Below, in pieces: positions 29,682 to 39,499 of a DNA stretch of 64,000 bases. The translations under genes were made by a program, and so were the position numbers. Position 1 is the first letter of the stretch; the number at the start of each line of letters is the position of its first letter. The notes below the pieces were generated by a model. The model ran no database searches. It was not told where the DNA came from and saw only the letters and a list, made by a program, of their open reading frames with translations. The stretch spans positions 512,001 through 576,000 of the forward strand of contig CAWJWJ010000001.1 of assembly GCA_963846575.1 (NCBI GenBank), written 5' to 3'. Origin of the DNA: an uncultured Nitrospiraceae bacterium. Lineage in GTDB: Bacteria > Nitrospirota > Nitrospiria > Nitrospirales > Nitrospiraceae.

Positions 29682-30656
29682 CTACTCGCGTATCTGGTTC
29701 CGCCGCTTTTGGAGGTAGGCATTCTTAACGGCCGTGTAGAGGTCCAGTGTGGCCTCCTCCACCCCCTGAAACTTTTCCAAGTTTAACGAGCGGTCGTTCA
29801 CGATCTCCCCTATGCGCATGCTGATTTGAGCAATGGACGACGTCGTTCGATTTTGATGGGCGATCAGCGAAGGAACGCCGTTCACCTCGATAATCGGAAA
29901 GACCAACCAGTTGATCGGGTTCAGGGCGATGTCTCCGAGGTACCCGACGAAATCCCTCAGCGTGAACGGCGGAAGGAACGGTACCACCAGATACGGCCCG
30001 GGCTTCACGCCATAATAACCAAGGGTCTGACCGGTATCCTCCTCCGGCGTCGTCAGGTCCATATGCTTTGCCACGTCGACGAGCCCGCCCAGCCCGAACG
30101 TGCTGTTCAGAAAAAAGCGCCCGACTTCGGTACCGGCCCCCTCCAGTTTGCCCTGTGCCAGATTGTTGATCAGTCGTGAAGGGAAACGAATGTTGTAGAA
30201 CACATTGCTGATACCGATCTGAACGGCGTTGGGCACGACGAAGTTATAGCCCTGCGCGACCGGTTTGAGCACCCAGCGGTCCACCTGGCGATTGAACTCG
30301 AACACCTTCGTGTTGACCGGCTCCCAGGGGTCGTACTCCTCTCCCCCGGCCAGCTCATCATTCCTCGCAAAGGGATCATAAAACGGATCATCTTCAGGCT
30401 GGTCGAATGGGTCCGGCGCGGCTGCCGCCAGTTTCCCGGTGTTGGTTTTTGGTAAGCCTTGCGATCCCGATGAGGCACTTCCCCCCTTCGGTTGTCCCAC
30501 GACAGTCTTTGCCGACCCTGCCGGCGGCTTTGATTCAGCACCGGATGTCAGCTCGGGGCGAGAAGGTCCCCCCGCACATCCGATCACCAGCATGACACCC
30601 ATCGCAGATAGCATTCCGATACACCATCTCACGCTCCCAGATGTCCGATGCACCAT
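29682..30656 (-). CDS. mlaA: VacJ/MlaA family lipoprotein
   Basis: SD GGAGG, lipobox VIGC, DPWEPVN, EDTGQTLG and GPYLVVPFL. Confidence 0.92.
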   Translation of the reverse strand: MVHRTSGSVRWCIGMLSAMGVMLVIGCAGGPSRPELTSGAESKPPAGSAKTVVGQPKGGSASSGSQGLPKTNTGKLAAAAPDPFDQPEDDPFYDPFARNDELAGGEEYDPWEPVNTKVFEFNRQVDRWVLKPVAQGYNFVVPNAVQIGISNVFYNIRFPSRLINNLAQGKLEGAGTEVGRFFLNSTFGLGGLVDVAKHMDLTTPEEDTGQTLGYYGVKPGPYLVVPFLPPFTLRDFVGYLGDIALNPINWLVFPIIEVNGVPSLIAHQNRTTSSIAQISMRIGEIVNDRSLNLEKFQGVEEATLDLYTAVKNAYLQKRRNQIRE

Positions 30657-30884
30657 GCCTCCTTGTTTGGGAGCCCATCGTCTCCCTCTGCCTTCCGCCG
30701 CAGTACTCACGGCTGCAGCAAATGGACGCACTGTACCAGAATGGCTCAACAGCCGCCAATGATGAAAGCATGCCAGGCCGGTCCCGATGGCGCAGGCACA
30801 ATCCCGCCATACGTACCGAATCTTACCAAGCGAACCCGTGGTGAACAGAAAAAACGCAGAAGGTGCGGAACCCGGCCATTCGAT

Positions 30885-31646
30885 TCAGCGGCTGATGGCC
30901 GACGTGATAAATTCTGACAGTTTGGCGAAATAGGCTTTCCCCCCAACCGACGGGATATTATTGTGGTCGGCTCCCCGCACGATATAAAACTCCTTGGGAG
31001 GCTTGGCCGCCTCAAATGTCCGTTGGCCCAGTTCTATGGGGATGATGTCGTCACGATCACCATGCACAAACAGTTTGGGCAGCGACAGATGCGGCAACCG
31101 TTCATCCAGACGAAACGCGGCGCCCAACAACCAATGAACCGGCAATCCCATATAATGGTAACGAGCCACGGCTTCGATTGATGGGAAAGCGGATTCGAGC
31201 AGCAAACCCCTGGCAGCCCGTTGTGCGGCCAATGATCCGGCAACCGCGGCTCCCAACGACCGCCCGAAGATCACCAGACGTTCCGGCCTGATGCGACGGA
31301 CCTGCGTGAGATACTCGTGAGCCCCCAAAGCATCCAGATACAGCCCCTCTTCCGAAGGACGTCCCTGGCTTCGCCCATACCCACGATAGTCGAAGAGAAA
31401 TACCGAGAGCCCGAGTCGGTAGAGCGCTTGGAGGTTATCCAGTCGATGGGTCATATTCCCCGCGTTGCCGTGGCACCAGAGTAGCACAGCGGAGGGAGCC
31501 TGCTGCTCCACATACCAGCCGAATAGTTTTTTTCCATCGGGCGACGGAAACCACACTTCTTCCAGCGGAAGGCCGCTGAGTTTTCTCCAGTCGCGCGCCT
31601 CCCACGGGTACGGATGATAGACGAACAGATGATCCAGGAGGCTCAT
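30885..31646 (-). CDS. Alpha/beta hydrolase (ABHD13/Bem46-like)
   Basis: HGNAGN, DYRGYG, GRSLG, HGDRDD and GADHN. Confidence 0.93.
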   Translation of the reverse strand: MSLLDHLFVYHPYPWEARDWRKLSGLPLEEVWFPSPDGKKLFGWYVEQQAPSAVLLWCHGNAGNMTHRLDNLQALYRLGLSVFLFDYRGYGRSQGRPSEEGLYLDALGAHEYLTQVRRIRPERLVIFGRSLGAAVAGSLAAQRAARGLLLESAFPSIEAVARYHYMGLPVHWLLGAAFRLDERLPHLSLPKLFVHGDRDDIIPIELGQRTFEAAKPPKEFYIVRGADHNNIPSVGGKAYFAKLSEFITSAISR

Positions 31647-31752
31647 GACATAGATTGCGGTATGCCGGTGGCAAAATCCACGTGATTGATTCCGATACTG
31701 GCTCGCGGGCTCAGAGGGAGCCCTGCCCCGATACGACCATGATCAAAGCCGG

Positions 31753-32388
31753 TTAGAAATGGAGACCGACGCCAAAGAGTGCGTAATGCGCGCGAAAGTC
31801 CATGGCCAATCCTTCCCAATGGTAGTTCGCCAGAAAGTATCGGTACTCCCCGAAGACAAATACTTTCGGGCTGACCATGGCTCGTAATCCTGCCAGGTAC
31901 TGATGCCCGAACGCACGGGCGGAGTCGAAATCCTTGTCGGCCCGACCGGCGATATTGGGGTTGAGCAGGATCCCGTGCGACCATCCAGCACCGATCCCGG
32001 CATAGGGCGTCACCACTTCGCCGGGGTAACGCAGGATGAGATTAAACATGGTGTTGAGGATCAATAGATTGGATCGGCCCGTCCCGTTACTCTGTCCGGT
32101 CACATTGTTCTGGAAAGACAAGGCCCCGCTGTGGCCCGAAGAATCGAGTTCAATACCGACGAACCTTCTGGTGAAATGCGGAAATAGCCCCACTTTGATG
32201 CCTGCGCCGGCTCCCGGCTGGAGAGTAACCGGAACGGTCGTTCCCTGATTGTACACATGCTGGTCACGCGGCCAACTCCCCAGCAGATACACCGCCAGGT
32301 CGATATCGCCGAACTCGGCGCTCTGTGCCGACGATGGGAACACCACTATGGCGAAGAAGATGAGCCACGGGAGAACGAAGTGCCGCAT
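31753..32388 (-). CDS. Outer-membrane beta-barrel protein (OmpA/OmpW-like)
   Basis: Signal peptide, TPYAGIGAG, FGEYRY, terminal GVGLHF. Confidence 0.85.
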   Translation of the reverse strand: MRHFVLPWLIFFAIVVFPSSAQSAEFGDIDLAVYLLGSWPRDQHVYNQGTTVPVTLQPGAGAGIKVGLFPHFTRRFVGIELDSSGHSGALSFQNNVTGQSNGTGRSNLLILNTMFNLILRYPGEVVTPYAGIGAGWSHGILLNPNIAGRADKDFDSARAFGHQYLAGLRAMVSPKVFVFGEYRYFLANYHWEGLAMDFRAHYALFGVGLHF

Positions 32389-32432
32389 AGGGCTCGTACG
32401 GTACCATGGAGATGCTTGAGGAACGAACAAAG

Positions 32433-32474
32433 AAAAAAGGAGTCTTCGGGGTAAATCCCGAAGACCCCTTTTTT
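32433..32474. terminator. Intrinsic terminator after the TRL-like gene, potentially bidirectional
   Basis: A6-GGAGTCTTCGGG-gtaaat-CCCGAAGACCCC-T6. Confidence 0.85.
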
Positions 32475-32493
32475 AGACAATCAGAAACGGAGA

Positions 32494-32820
32494 TCAGCTG
32501 CCCTTCACGACCGTGCACCATTCACCGATGATGCCGAGGATGTTCTTGGCGGTGTGATCGACAGAAGCCACCTGGTTGATTCCGCCGGCTGCCTTCGCGG
32601 CCGTCACGCTGGCATCACCCGTTGCTACCCAACCCAGAATGGACTGGCCGCATGCTTTGCCCTCTTTCGTGGCAGTGGCATGGTCTGTTGCCGTATCACC
32701 GTACTTGACCTCAGTATAGATGCCGCCCAACATTGGGGACGCGACAATCTGACAGCCCGTGAGGCTGAGATAGGCTGCGCCGATCAAGGTCAAGGAACAC
32801 AAAGCAGTCAACTTCTTCAT
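32494..32820 (-). CDS. TRL-like family lipoprotein
   Basis: SD GGAGG, lipobox LTGC, GKAC..ILG.VATGDAS...VDH...C.VV.G. Confidence 0.88.
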   Translation of the reverse strand: MKKLTALCSLTLIGAAYLSLTGCQIVASPMLGGIYTEVKYGDTATDHATATKEGKACGQSILGWVATGDASVTAAKAAGGINQVASVDHTAKNILGIIGEWCTVVKGS

Positions 32821-32897
32821 AAGGCCTCCCTCTCGAGGTTTATGGTTATGGACCCGCCCAACCGTGCCCGGAGCATTGGGGGTTCTACTGCGGGCGG

Positions 32898-32926
32898 AGT
32901 ATAGGTAACCTCTCAGGCCTTGTCAA
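32898..32926 (-). promoter_or_regulatory. Near-consensus sigma70 promoter for the TRL-like gene
   Basis: TTGACA-N17-TATACT. Confidence 0.8.
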
Positions 32927-32991
32927 TCGCTAAGCCGGAGGCGCATCCCGGCCCGGAACAGGGACCGAGGCTGCCCTCACGCACAGGCTTC

Positions 32992-33453
32992 TCAGAATGA
33001 AACACCGGTCCCGTGGCGGCGAGATGCGTGCGGAAAGCCAGCGAGGTCGTGGGACCCTCCCGCCCGAAGACGTCTCACTTTTCCAAACGTAGGAGGAGCC
33101 AAAATATCTATACTCACCGAAAAGGAACACGTTCCTCTGAACATAGGCCCGCACACCGGCCAAAAACTGATACGCAAAGGCCCACGTCGCGCCCGCCTTC
33201 GATCCGTCCCCAGTTGAACCCTTCATGTTGGTTCCCCGAAACGTCTCGCTTGCAAACCCGTTGCCTCCGATTGAGATGTCCTTATCGACAGGGAAGGTGC
33301 CGAGCAAATAGGGCGCGAAATATGCCTCGGTTTTCCTTGGCTGCTTTGCGGCCGGATCGGTCGATACTTGTTCCTCCGCCGCAGCCGCTTGCAGGTCTGA
33401 AAATCCACCGCCCCACAGCACTCCCATCACGATTACCCGCCACAGGGTTTCAT
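32992..33453 (-). pseudogene. Degraded paralog of the beta-barrel gene at 31753-32388
   Basis: Matching segments YLLGTFP, FAYQFLAGVR and FGEYRYF, plus SLAFRTHL in another frame. Frameshifts after ATG AAA and near the 3' end; central region missing. Confidence 0.75.
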
Positions 33454-33753
33454 GGAGACTCCGTGTTGAATTTGACTAGAGAGACCTGGCTGTCCCGATC
33501 AAACCCAGCAAATTCGCACTCTCTTCAAGGGCTGTCTTGGCAATTCGCGTAGGAGTGTGGGGGAGGCAATACTTAGCACTCTGGCCTAAGTATGTACCCT
33601 GTTTACCATGCATTGGTAGGCCTCCGTTCCCGCCCTCATTACAATAGTCGTTGGGCTCTGGCCTGCCCTATAAAGAAACCCTTCGGCTTTTCCCGAAGTG
33701 GAATAGCCAGGCGTTCGTCACTCGCACTAGCCATTTAACCTATGGGAGGAAAT

Positions 33754-34173
33754 ATGAGGTCTTTGGGGAAGTCCATCACTATGGTCGCAGCAGTACTGGT
33801 TATCTCCACGATGTCGTCCGGCTGCTCCGTGCTGATGGCCGCCAACCGCACGAGCTATCGGGGAGATGTGAATGTCATTAAGGAGGGAACCTCGCGCCAA
33901 GAGATTATCGCCGAACTGGGTGAGCCAGATTCATTCTACAAGCCGGAAATGGGCGGCTTTGATGACCGGTATCAGCTGGATCCGGAAGCCCATAGAACCT
34001 GGGTCAAGGTTGGTACGGTCCTTCTTCACCTAGGCGCAGATATAATGACCGGATTCCTCTGGGAATTGGCCGGAACCCCCTATGAACTGGCAGTTCGCGA
34101 CAGAGTCGTTATTTATCACCTCGCCTATAACTCCGATGGTAAACTCACTGCGGTCGAAAAAATTAAACCGTAA
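33754..34173 (+). CDS. Hypothetical lipoprotein (SmpA/BamE-like LGEPD segment)
   Basis: SD GGAGG, lipobox SSGC and GTSRQEIIAELGEPD. Confidence 0.8.
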   Translation: MRSLGKSITMVAAVLVISTMSSGCSVLMAANRTSYRGDVNVIKEGTSRQEIIAELGEPDSFYKPEMGGFDDRYQLDPEAHRTWVKVGTVLLHLGADIMTGFLWELAGTPYELAVRDRVVIYHLAYNSDGKLTAVEKIKP

Positions 34174-34201
34174 TGTGCGCAAGCAAATCGATTGTTGTGG
34201 G

Positions 34202-34231
34202 GCTTGGCTGAAAGAGTCCTTTCAGCCGAGC
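34202..34231. terminator. Stem-loop after the lipoprotein gene
   Basis: GCTTGGCTGAAAG-agtc-CTTTCAGCCGAGC. Confidence 0.6.
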
Positions 34232-34391
34232 ATTCCCTATAGCTCCCTGACTTCTCACATCCCTCCCACAGAGTGAAGCCGTCTCCCGACAGTTGAGCAT
34301 CCTTGAGGGTTGCTGTTACCGGCATCCTGTTATTTACATGGGCTTACACTGAGACGTCGTCAATCATCAGGCAGGCAGCCGTGCAAGCTGA

Positions 34392-36347
34392 TTAGAAAAA
34401 CGCCTGCACGGTGAACAAGACGTCATTGTCGTGATCGCGGTGATTGTATTCCATCCGCAAGGCCCAGTTTTGAGCAACCGTGTAACGTTGTGCCACCGAC
34501 CATCTGAAGTCATCCGACGTTTCGCCCAACGCATACCGTAGATAGGTGGTCGAGGCCAGCATGCGCCACCGTTCGGTAAGATCGGCATAGAACCCTGCGG
34601 ATGCGCCGCCACCGATGCGGTGCCGTTCAGCATAGGCCCGGCTGTAATTTCCCTCCACCTCGGCAAATACAAAATACACTTCCCGGCGGAGCACATGCGT
34701 TTCCGTCGCGGCGCCGATGCCGCCGTTGATGTGCCAGTTACTGCACAATTGACACTGTCGATGGGTGATCGTCTGCATACCGAGGTTGATCTTCCACGAC
34801 GGGGCCTGAAAGAGGCGATCGACGGGGGACAATGACAACACGTTGGCCAACGTGGCCCGCTCCACCCGCGTCTGTTCCGCCCGGTTATAGTGACGCAGAC
34901 TGATCGACCCGAGCTCGATTTGTGCATTTGGGGTATAGCCCGGCTCCGGATCGAGGAGATCGTGATAGCCCGCGCGCATCGTGACTTCTTCGAAAGTATC
35001 GTTATTCCTCCAACCACCTCCCAGGCTCGCACGGGAAGTCTTGTGGCCGAGTTCCGGCTGCAAGGCAAAAGGACGGATCGGCAGATCTTCGGACGGAATC
35101 CGCAACAGGCTCCGGGCCTTCAGGATCTCCCGGTTGCGTTCTCGTGACACGGCGGCCAGGTCCTCATCACCCTCTCCCGTATACCGCACATAGTCGGAAG
35201 CCACGTCCAGGACCAGAGCCTGCCGGGGAAGCGGCAGAGCACGAACCTCTTCCGACTGACTCAGCGAGGCATCTCGTACCAGCCGATTCACCAACACATC
35301 TTCCGACTGGGATACATATTCACGTTTACGACGGATGAGCGTCACTCGAGAGGGGCGAAAGGCGATATCCGTGACCAATCCCGGCTGGGCCGCGAGCAAA
35401 CGAACCGTGTCGGCGGGCACGGTCCAGAACAGAAAACGGTCGGTCAGGCGCAGTGAGGGATCCGCATATTCCAACAACGACAGGAGATGGTAGGAACAAT
35501 TTTCCTTGAAGAAATAATAGTCGAATGCGGCGTTCCCGAGTTCCCAGGCATGCATGAGCAGGCGGCGGATCTGCCGGCCGTCAAAGTTCAGGCGATACTC
35601 CCAGATGTCGCGATTCTCGATATCCCGGTACTCCTGCACCTTCAGGTAGTAGGGAATGGTCGAAAAGTAGCCCCGGTAGCCGCCGAATATGCCGCGAAAC
35701 GCAAAATCCAGGTTGGATCCAGGCGGCACATCGGCCGCGAAATTGATCGTGTAGGCCAGCAGGCGGGTTTGGGCCGTCTGGCCCCGTTGGTCGATCCGAA
35801 GAAAGGTATGTCCGAACATCGAAGCCGGGTTGTTCATGAACGCGGAAGGGAAAATGAGGGAAATCGATTGGGCCTCGAATTCGCCAAACCATTGCTCGAA
35901 CCGTTCACATTTCAGCGGCGCGAGACGCGCGTCGTCGAAGGCCAGCTGCTCCCTCAGCCACGCATACCGTGCAACAAAGGCACATTGCGCCGGCTGTTTG
36001 GAACGACCGACGAGGTCGGACGAAAAGAACTGTTTCAGTGTGGCGGCCAATTCCGCGGCGGGGTCGGTCTTCCCCACAGCCGACATGAAGAAGCCGGGCT
36101 CGTCCTGCTCACTGGTGTAGCCACCGAATAGATTGGCACGATAGTGCAGCAGGAGGTGCCACTCACGCTGGTCAGCCAATCGACTGTCGTTGGCCAGCCG
36201 GATCAGTTGCTGCAGATAGGGCTCAGCGGAATCTTCGGCCCAGGCGGGAGTCGTGAGAACCAGAGCGCCCAGCAGGGCACAGAAGATCGGCGCGATTGCC
36301 CGCAGAGAAAAAAACAGGGCCCCGATCAACGACCGGAGCCCTATCAC
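34392..36347 (-). CDS. DUF4105 (Lnb_N-like) domain protein with C-terminal beta-barrel; start uncertain (36347-36386)
   Basis: PASMFGHTFLRI, ENRDIWEY and YYFFKENCS; amphipathic strands ending in F. Confidence 0.88.
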   Translation of the reverse strand: MIGLRSLIGALFFSLRAIAPIFCALLGALVLTTPAWAEDSAEPYLQQLIRLANDSRLADQREWHLLLHYRANLFGGYTSEQDEPGFFMSAVGKTDPAAELAATLKQFFSSDLVGRSKQPAQCAFVARYAWLREQLAFDDARLAPLKCERFEQWFGEFEAQSISLIFPSAFMNNPASMFGHTFLRIDQRGQTAQTRLLAYTINFAADVPPGSNLDFAFRGIFGGYRGYFSTIPYYLKVQEYRDIENRDIWEYRLNFDGRQIRRLLMHAWELGNAAFDYYFFKENCSYHLLSLLEYADPSLRLTDRFLFWTVPADTVRLLAAQPGLVTDIAFRPSRVTLIRRKREYVSQSEDVLVNRLVRDASLSQSEEVRALPLPRQALVLDVASDYVRYTGEGDEDLAAVSRERNREILKARSLLRIPSEDLPIRPFALQPELGHKTSRASLGGGWRNNDTFEEVTMRAGYHDLLDPEPGYTPNAQIELGSISLRHYNRAEQTRVERATLANVLSLSPVDRLFQAPSWKINLGMQTITHRQCQLCSNWHINGGIGAATETHVLRREVYFVFAEVEGNYSRAYAERHRIGGGASAGFYADLTERWRMLASTTYLRYALGETSDDFRWSVAQRYTVAQNWALRMEYNHRDHDNDVLFTVQAFF

Positions 36348-36363
36348 GAGTGCGAACAAAAAT

Positions 36364-36873
36364 TTAACGGCTGACGGCTTGTGCAAGGACAGGACTCTTA
36401 CCTACCGCATCGTTCAAAGCCTTCACGAGTGCGACCGACGAGGCTTCGCCCGCTTCGACCAGGGCCGTATACCGCTCTTGGGTCAGCGCGAAGAAGGCAC
36501 TGTGCTGTTCGGCAGGAATCCCCATAAGTGTGGCCAACGAGGCCAGATGCTCGCCCTTCCCCTGTGCCATCTCCTGGGACAAATTGTCAAAGTTCAAATG
36601 CGCGAACATATTCGTTTTCTGAGCCGCCATCACCTGCCCGTCATTCGTGCAACCCGAGGTTCCGGAGCTGATGCCGAATGTGCCACTGCCGAAGCTTCCG
36701 TTAGTGGTAGCCATCATGACCTGCGGCGCAATATTCTTCTGATTTTTATAATCCGCCCAAGCCAACTTCCCTAGACCACAGCCCGGCCCGGTATCAGGAT
36801 TTGCCGCCAAGGCCAATCCTGCCTGTGACACAACCGCGACGGCGCCCAGCACGACGAATAGTGTTCTCAGCAT
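36364..36873 (-). CDS. DUF3015 family exported protein
   Basis: SD GGAGGAGG, GPGCGLG, FGISSGTSGC and EMAQGKGEHL. Confidence 0.9.
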   Translation of the reverse strand: MLRTLFVVLGAVAVVSQAGLALAANPDTGPGCGLGKLAWADYKNQKNIAPQVMMATTNGSFGSGTFGISSGTSGCTNDGQVMAAQKTNMFAHLNFDNLSQEMAQGKGEHLASLATLMGIPAEQHSAFFALTQERYTALVEAGEASSVALVKALNDAVGKSPVLAQAVSR

Positions 36874-36999
36874 ATGTCCTCCTCCTTTGAACAAGTGAAT
36901 AAGTCTTCCCGGATAGGCACTTCGGCTTCACCCTGTGAATATTATAACCAAGCGATTCCGTCATGTAGAGCAAAAAATTCCCTCACGGCGCCCCACGCG

Positions 37000-37494
37000 T
37001 CACTCAGCCCGGTCGGCCAATGTGATGTGCTGCGGCTCGATCGTCTCAGCATGGAACAGCAGAAGGCCGATGGCGCGCGGCAGATGAAACCGTTTTGGTC
37101 CGGCGGAACCAGGATTGAACAACAAGATACCTTCGCGCCATTCGGCCTTCGGTTGATGGGTATGCCCGTACACACAAATCAACGGCCGCGTGCGCTCCAG
37201 GAATGCGGTCCCGTCGCCGGTCATCTTTCCCTTTTCGTAGAGGCGATGATAGAGGGCGATCCGCCGGCCTGCCAGTTCGAGGAGTTGCTCCACGGGAAAG
37301 CCACTCGCTTCAAATCCATCCACGTTGCCCGACACCGCGGTGACGGGCGCAATCTGTTCAAGCTGCTCGATCACCTCTCGGCGGCCGATGTCTCCGGCAT
37401 GCAGGATATGATCGACGCCGGAAAAATGACGGACAATTGCGCGGTCGAAGCAACCATGCGTATCCGATATCACGCCGATGCGCACGTCGCACAC
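37000..37494 (-). CDS. YfcE-family metallophosphoesterase
   Basis: ISDTHG, HAGDIG, GNVD, GHTH and NPGS. Confidence 0.93.
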   Translation of the reverse strand: MCDVRIGVISDTHGCFDRAIVRHFSGVDHILHAGDIGRREVIEQLEQIAPVTAVSGNVDGFEASGFPVEQLLELAGRRIALYHRLYEKGKMTGDGTAFLERTRPLICVYGHTHQPKAEWREGILLFNPGSAGPKRFHLPRAIGLLLFHAETIEPQHITLADRAE

Positions 37495-37500
37495 CTCGCA

Positions 37501-38634
37501 CTATGTGCCGGGCTCAGCCTTGGCCAACGATTCCTGCACGCTCTTCCAGCCGAAGCTGAACGGTTCGGAACTCCGTTTGGACAAGACCGCGAGTTCCGCC
37601 TTCAATAGTTCCGCACGAGCCGCACTCATGGGATGGGTCGAAAAGAGTTCCACGCGGCCCTTGTCTTTTTCCGACAGGCGCTCAAAAAATGTGATCATGC
37701 CCTCAGGCGCGATGCGAGCTTCGGACAGGAGGCGAAGGCCGGTGAGATCCGCCTCGGTTTCCTGTGCGCGCCCGAATTTTAACGTGGCGAGATTCAATCC
37801 TAAATCCTTGGCGAGCCCGATCAAACCTTGCTGGTCCCCCACGAGGATGCTCCCCACCGCCGCCAACCCGAGCATCTTCACCATGCGCTCCAGCCCATGC
37901 CGCTGCAGCACGTGATTCAATTCATGGCTCAAGACGCCGGCCACCTCTTCCCCGCTTTCGGCCTTCTTTAACAAGCCGGTATAGACCACCACATATCCGC
38001 CCGGCAGCGCGAACGCGTTCACCACCGGGCTCTGCACCACGGAAATCTGGAACTTGTACGGATTGTCCTGGATCTTGTCGGTCAGACGATGCGTCATTTC
38101 CTGCACGGCATTGACCGCCGCCCCCTCCTTGAGGATCGTTTCCTTGGAGAGGGCATCTTGATAGACCATCTCACCGATCTGTTGCTCCCACTCGACGGGG
38201 ATTCGAGCGACTGCCCACTCGATCATGAGATCGGAGCCGAACCAGACCAGTAGGCCGAGACCGACGAGGACCCCCACGGCACTGCCCCAAAACAGGCGAT
38301 GGCTCTGCCGGGCCCGCCGAACCTGAGCGGCCGCCCGATCGAGATGCGCGGTCATGTCCGAAGGCGCCGCGCGACGAAAGGCGACGATCAGCGAAGGGTC
38401 TTTCAAATAGAGAGTCCTGGCTGAGCCATCGATGCTCCACGACAGGACCAACTGATCGTGATCCAAGCCGCCGGCTGCCACCGACAAAGCCGCAAATGCC
38501 ACGAACTCCTCGCTGACGGATGACCTTTCCAGCGAAGAGAGGCGCAGCCCATCCGGCAACAACCGGATGTGACAGGGCGCCCCGGCCGCGGGCAGGCCAT
38601 CACCGAAACAGAGTGCATTGGGAGTGAGTGTCAT
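37501..38634 (-). CDS. M48 family metallopeptidase
   Basis: NAFALPGG, HELNH, ETEAD and STHP. Confidence 0.93.
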   Translation of the reverse strand: MTLTPNALCFGDGLPAAGAPCHIRLLPDGLRLSSLERSSVSEEFVAFAALSVAAGGLDHDQLVLSWSIDGSARTLYLKDPSLIVAFRRAAPSDMTAHLDRAAAQVRRARQSHRLFWGSAVGVLVGLGLLVWFGSDLMIEWAVARIPVEWEQQIGEMVYQDALSKETILKEGAAVNAVQEMTHRLTDKIQDNPYKFQISVVQSPVVNAFALPGGYVVVYTGLLKKAESGEEVAGVLSHELNHVLQRHGLERMVKMLGLAAVGSILVGDQQGLIGLAKDLGLNLATLKFGRAQETEADLTGLRLLSEARIAPEGMITFFERLSEKDKGRVELFSTHPMSAARAELLKAELAVLSKRSSEPFSFGWKSVQESLAKAEPGT

Positions 38635-38785
38635 GAGAGTTGGGATCTCTTCGCGCGGGGCTCAACCGGGCAGCCACCCACGCCGCAGGTACAACACACC
38701 GGAGGCGTACCGTCCGGGTACGTTGTGGATTTTTTCGACCCGAGCCCAACGATGTCAGGTCTGTTGAGCGTCCGCCATTCAGTTG

Positions 38786-39469
38786 CTATTCGGAGACCGG
38801 GATGAACTGACGGATCCAGTTGCCAAAACTGCCGGGATTGCGGCTTTGGATGTAGACGACACCAGGACCGCGGAAGCGGCAGACCAGTCCCTCACCTGAC
38901 GTGAGACTGGCGATCCAGCCCGACGAGGCCTTCTCGATATTGTAGGTCGTCGTAGAGGTCCAGGCGACGAGATGGCTGTTGTCGACAATGTACTCTTCAT
39001 CCGGCTTCAGCTCGATCTTATGGATTGCGCCAAAACTATTGAGCATGAGCTGGCCGATCCCGGTGATCTTAAGGATAAAAAACCCCTCCCCTCCCAGCAG
39101 GCCCCGCGCGAAGCTTTGCATCTTGCTTTCGATCTTCACGCCTTCTGCTCCGGCCAGAAAACCGTCTTTCTGCACCATATATTCATTCACGCCATCGAGG
39201 TCCATCACCACGATTTCGCCCGGCACCGTCGGAGCCAACAGGACCTCTCCCGCCCCGCGCGCCGCGCGGAGCGTTTGAAAGAAAAATTTCTCACCGCTGA
39301 GCATTTTCCGCGACAAGGCGCCCAGGAAGCCGCCTTCCATCTTGCTTTCGATGTCGATTGTGGGCGACGCGGCTACCATGGCGCCGGATTCTGCTTTCAC
39401 CGATTCACCGTCAGTCAGATATACCCTCACCATCGGAAACGCGCCCGGGTACAGAATCTCGCTCTTCAT
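38786..39469 (-). CDS. TIGR00266/AIM24 family protein
   Basis: AESGAMV, GEGFF, VDNSHLVAW and GEGLVCRFRGPG. Confidence 0.93.
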   Translation of the reverse strand: MKSEILYPGAFPMVRVYLTDGESVKAESGAMVAASPTIDIESKMEGGFLGALSRKMLSGEKFFFQTLRAARGAGEVLLAPTVPGEIVVMDLDGVNEYMVQKDGFLAGAEGVKIESKMQSFARGLLGGEGFFILKITGIGQLMLNSFGAIHKIELKPDEEYIVDNSHLVAWTSTTTYNIEKASSGWIASLTSGEGLVCRFRGPGVVYIQSRNPGSFGNWIRQFIPVSE

Positions 39470-39499
39470 TATGTCACTGCCTCCTTCACCTCACAGAAC

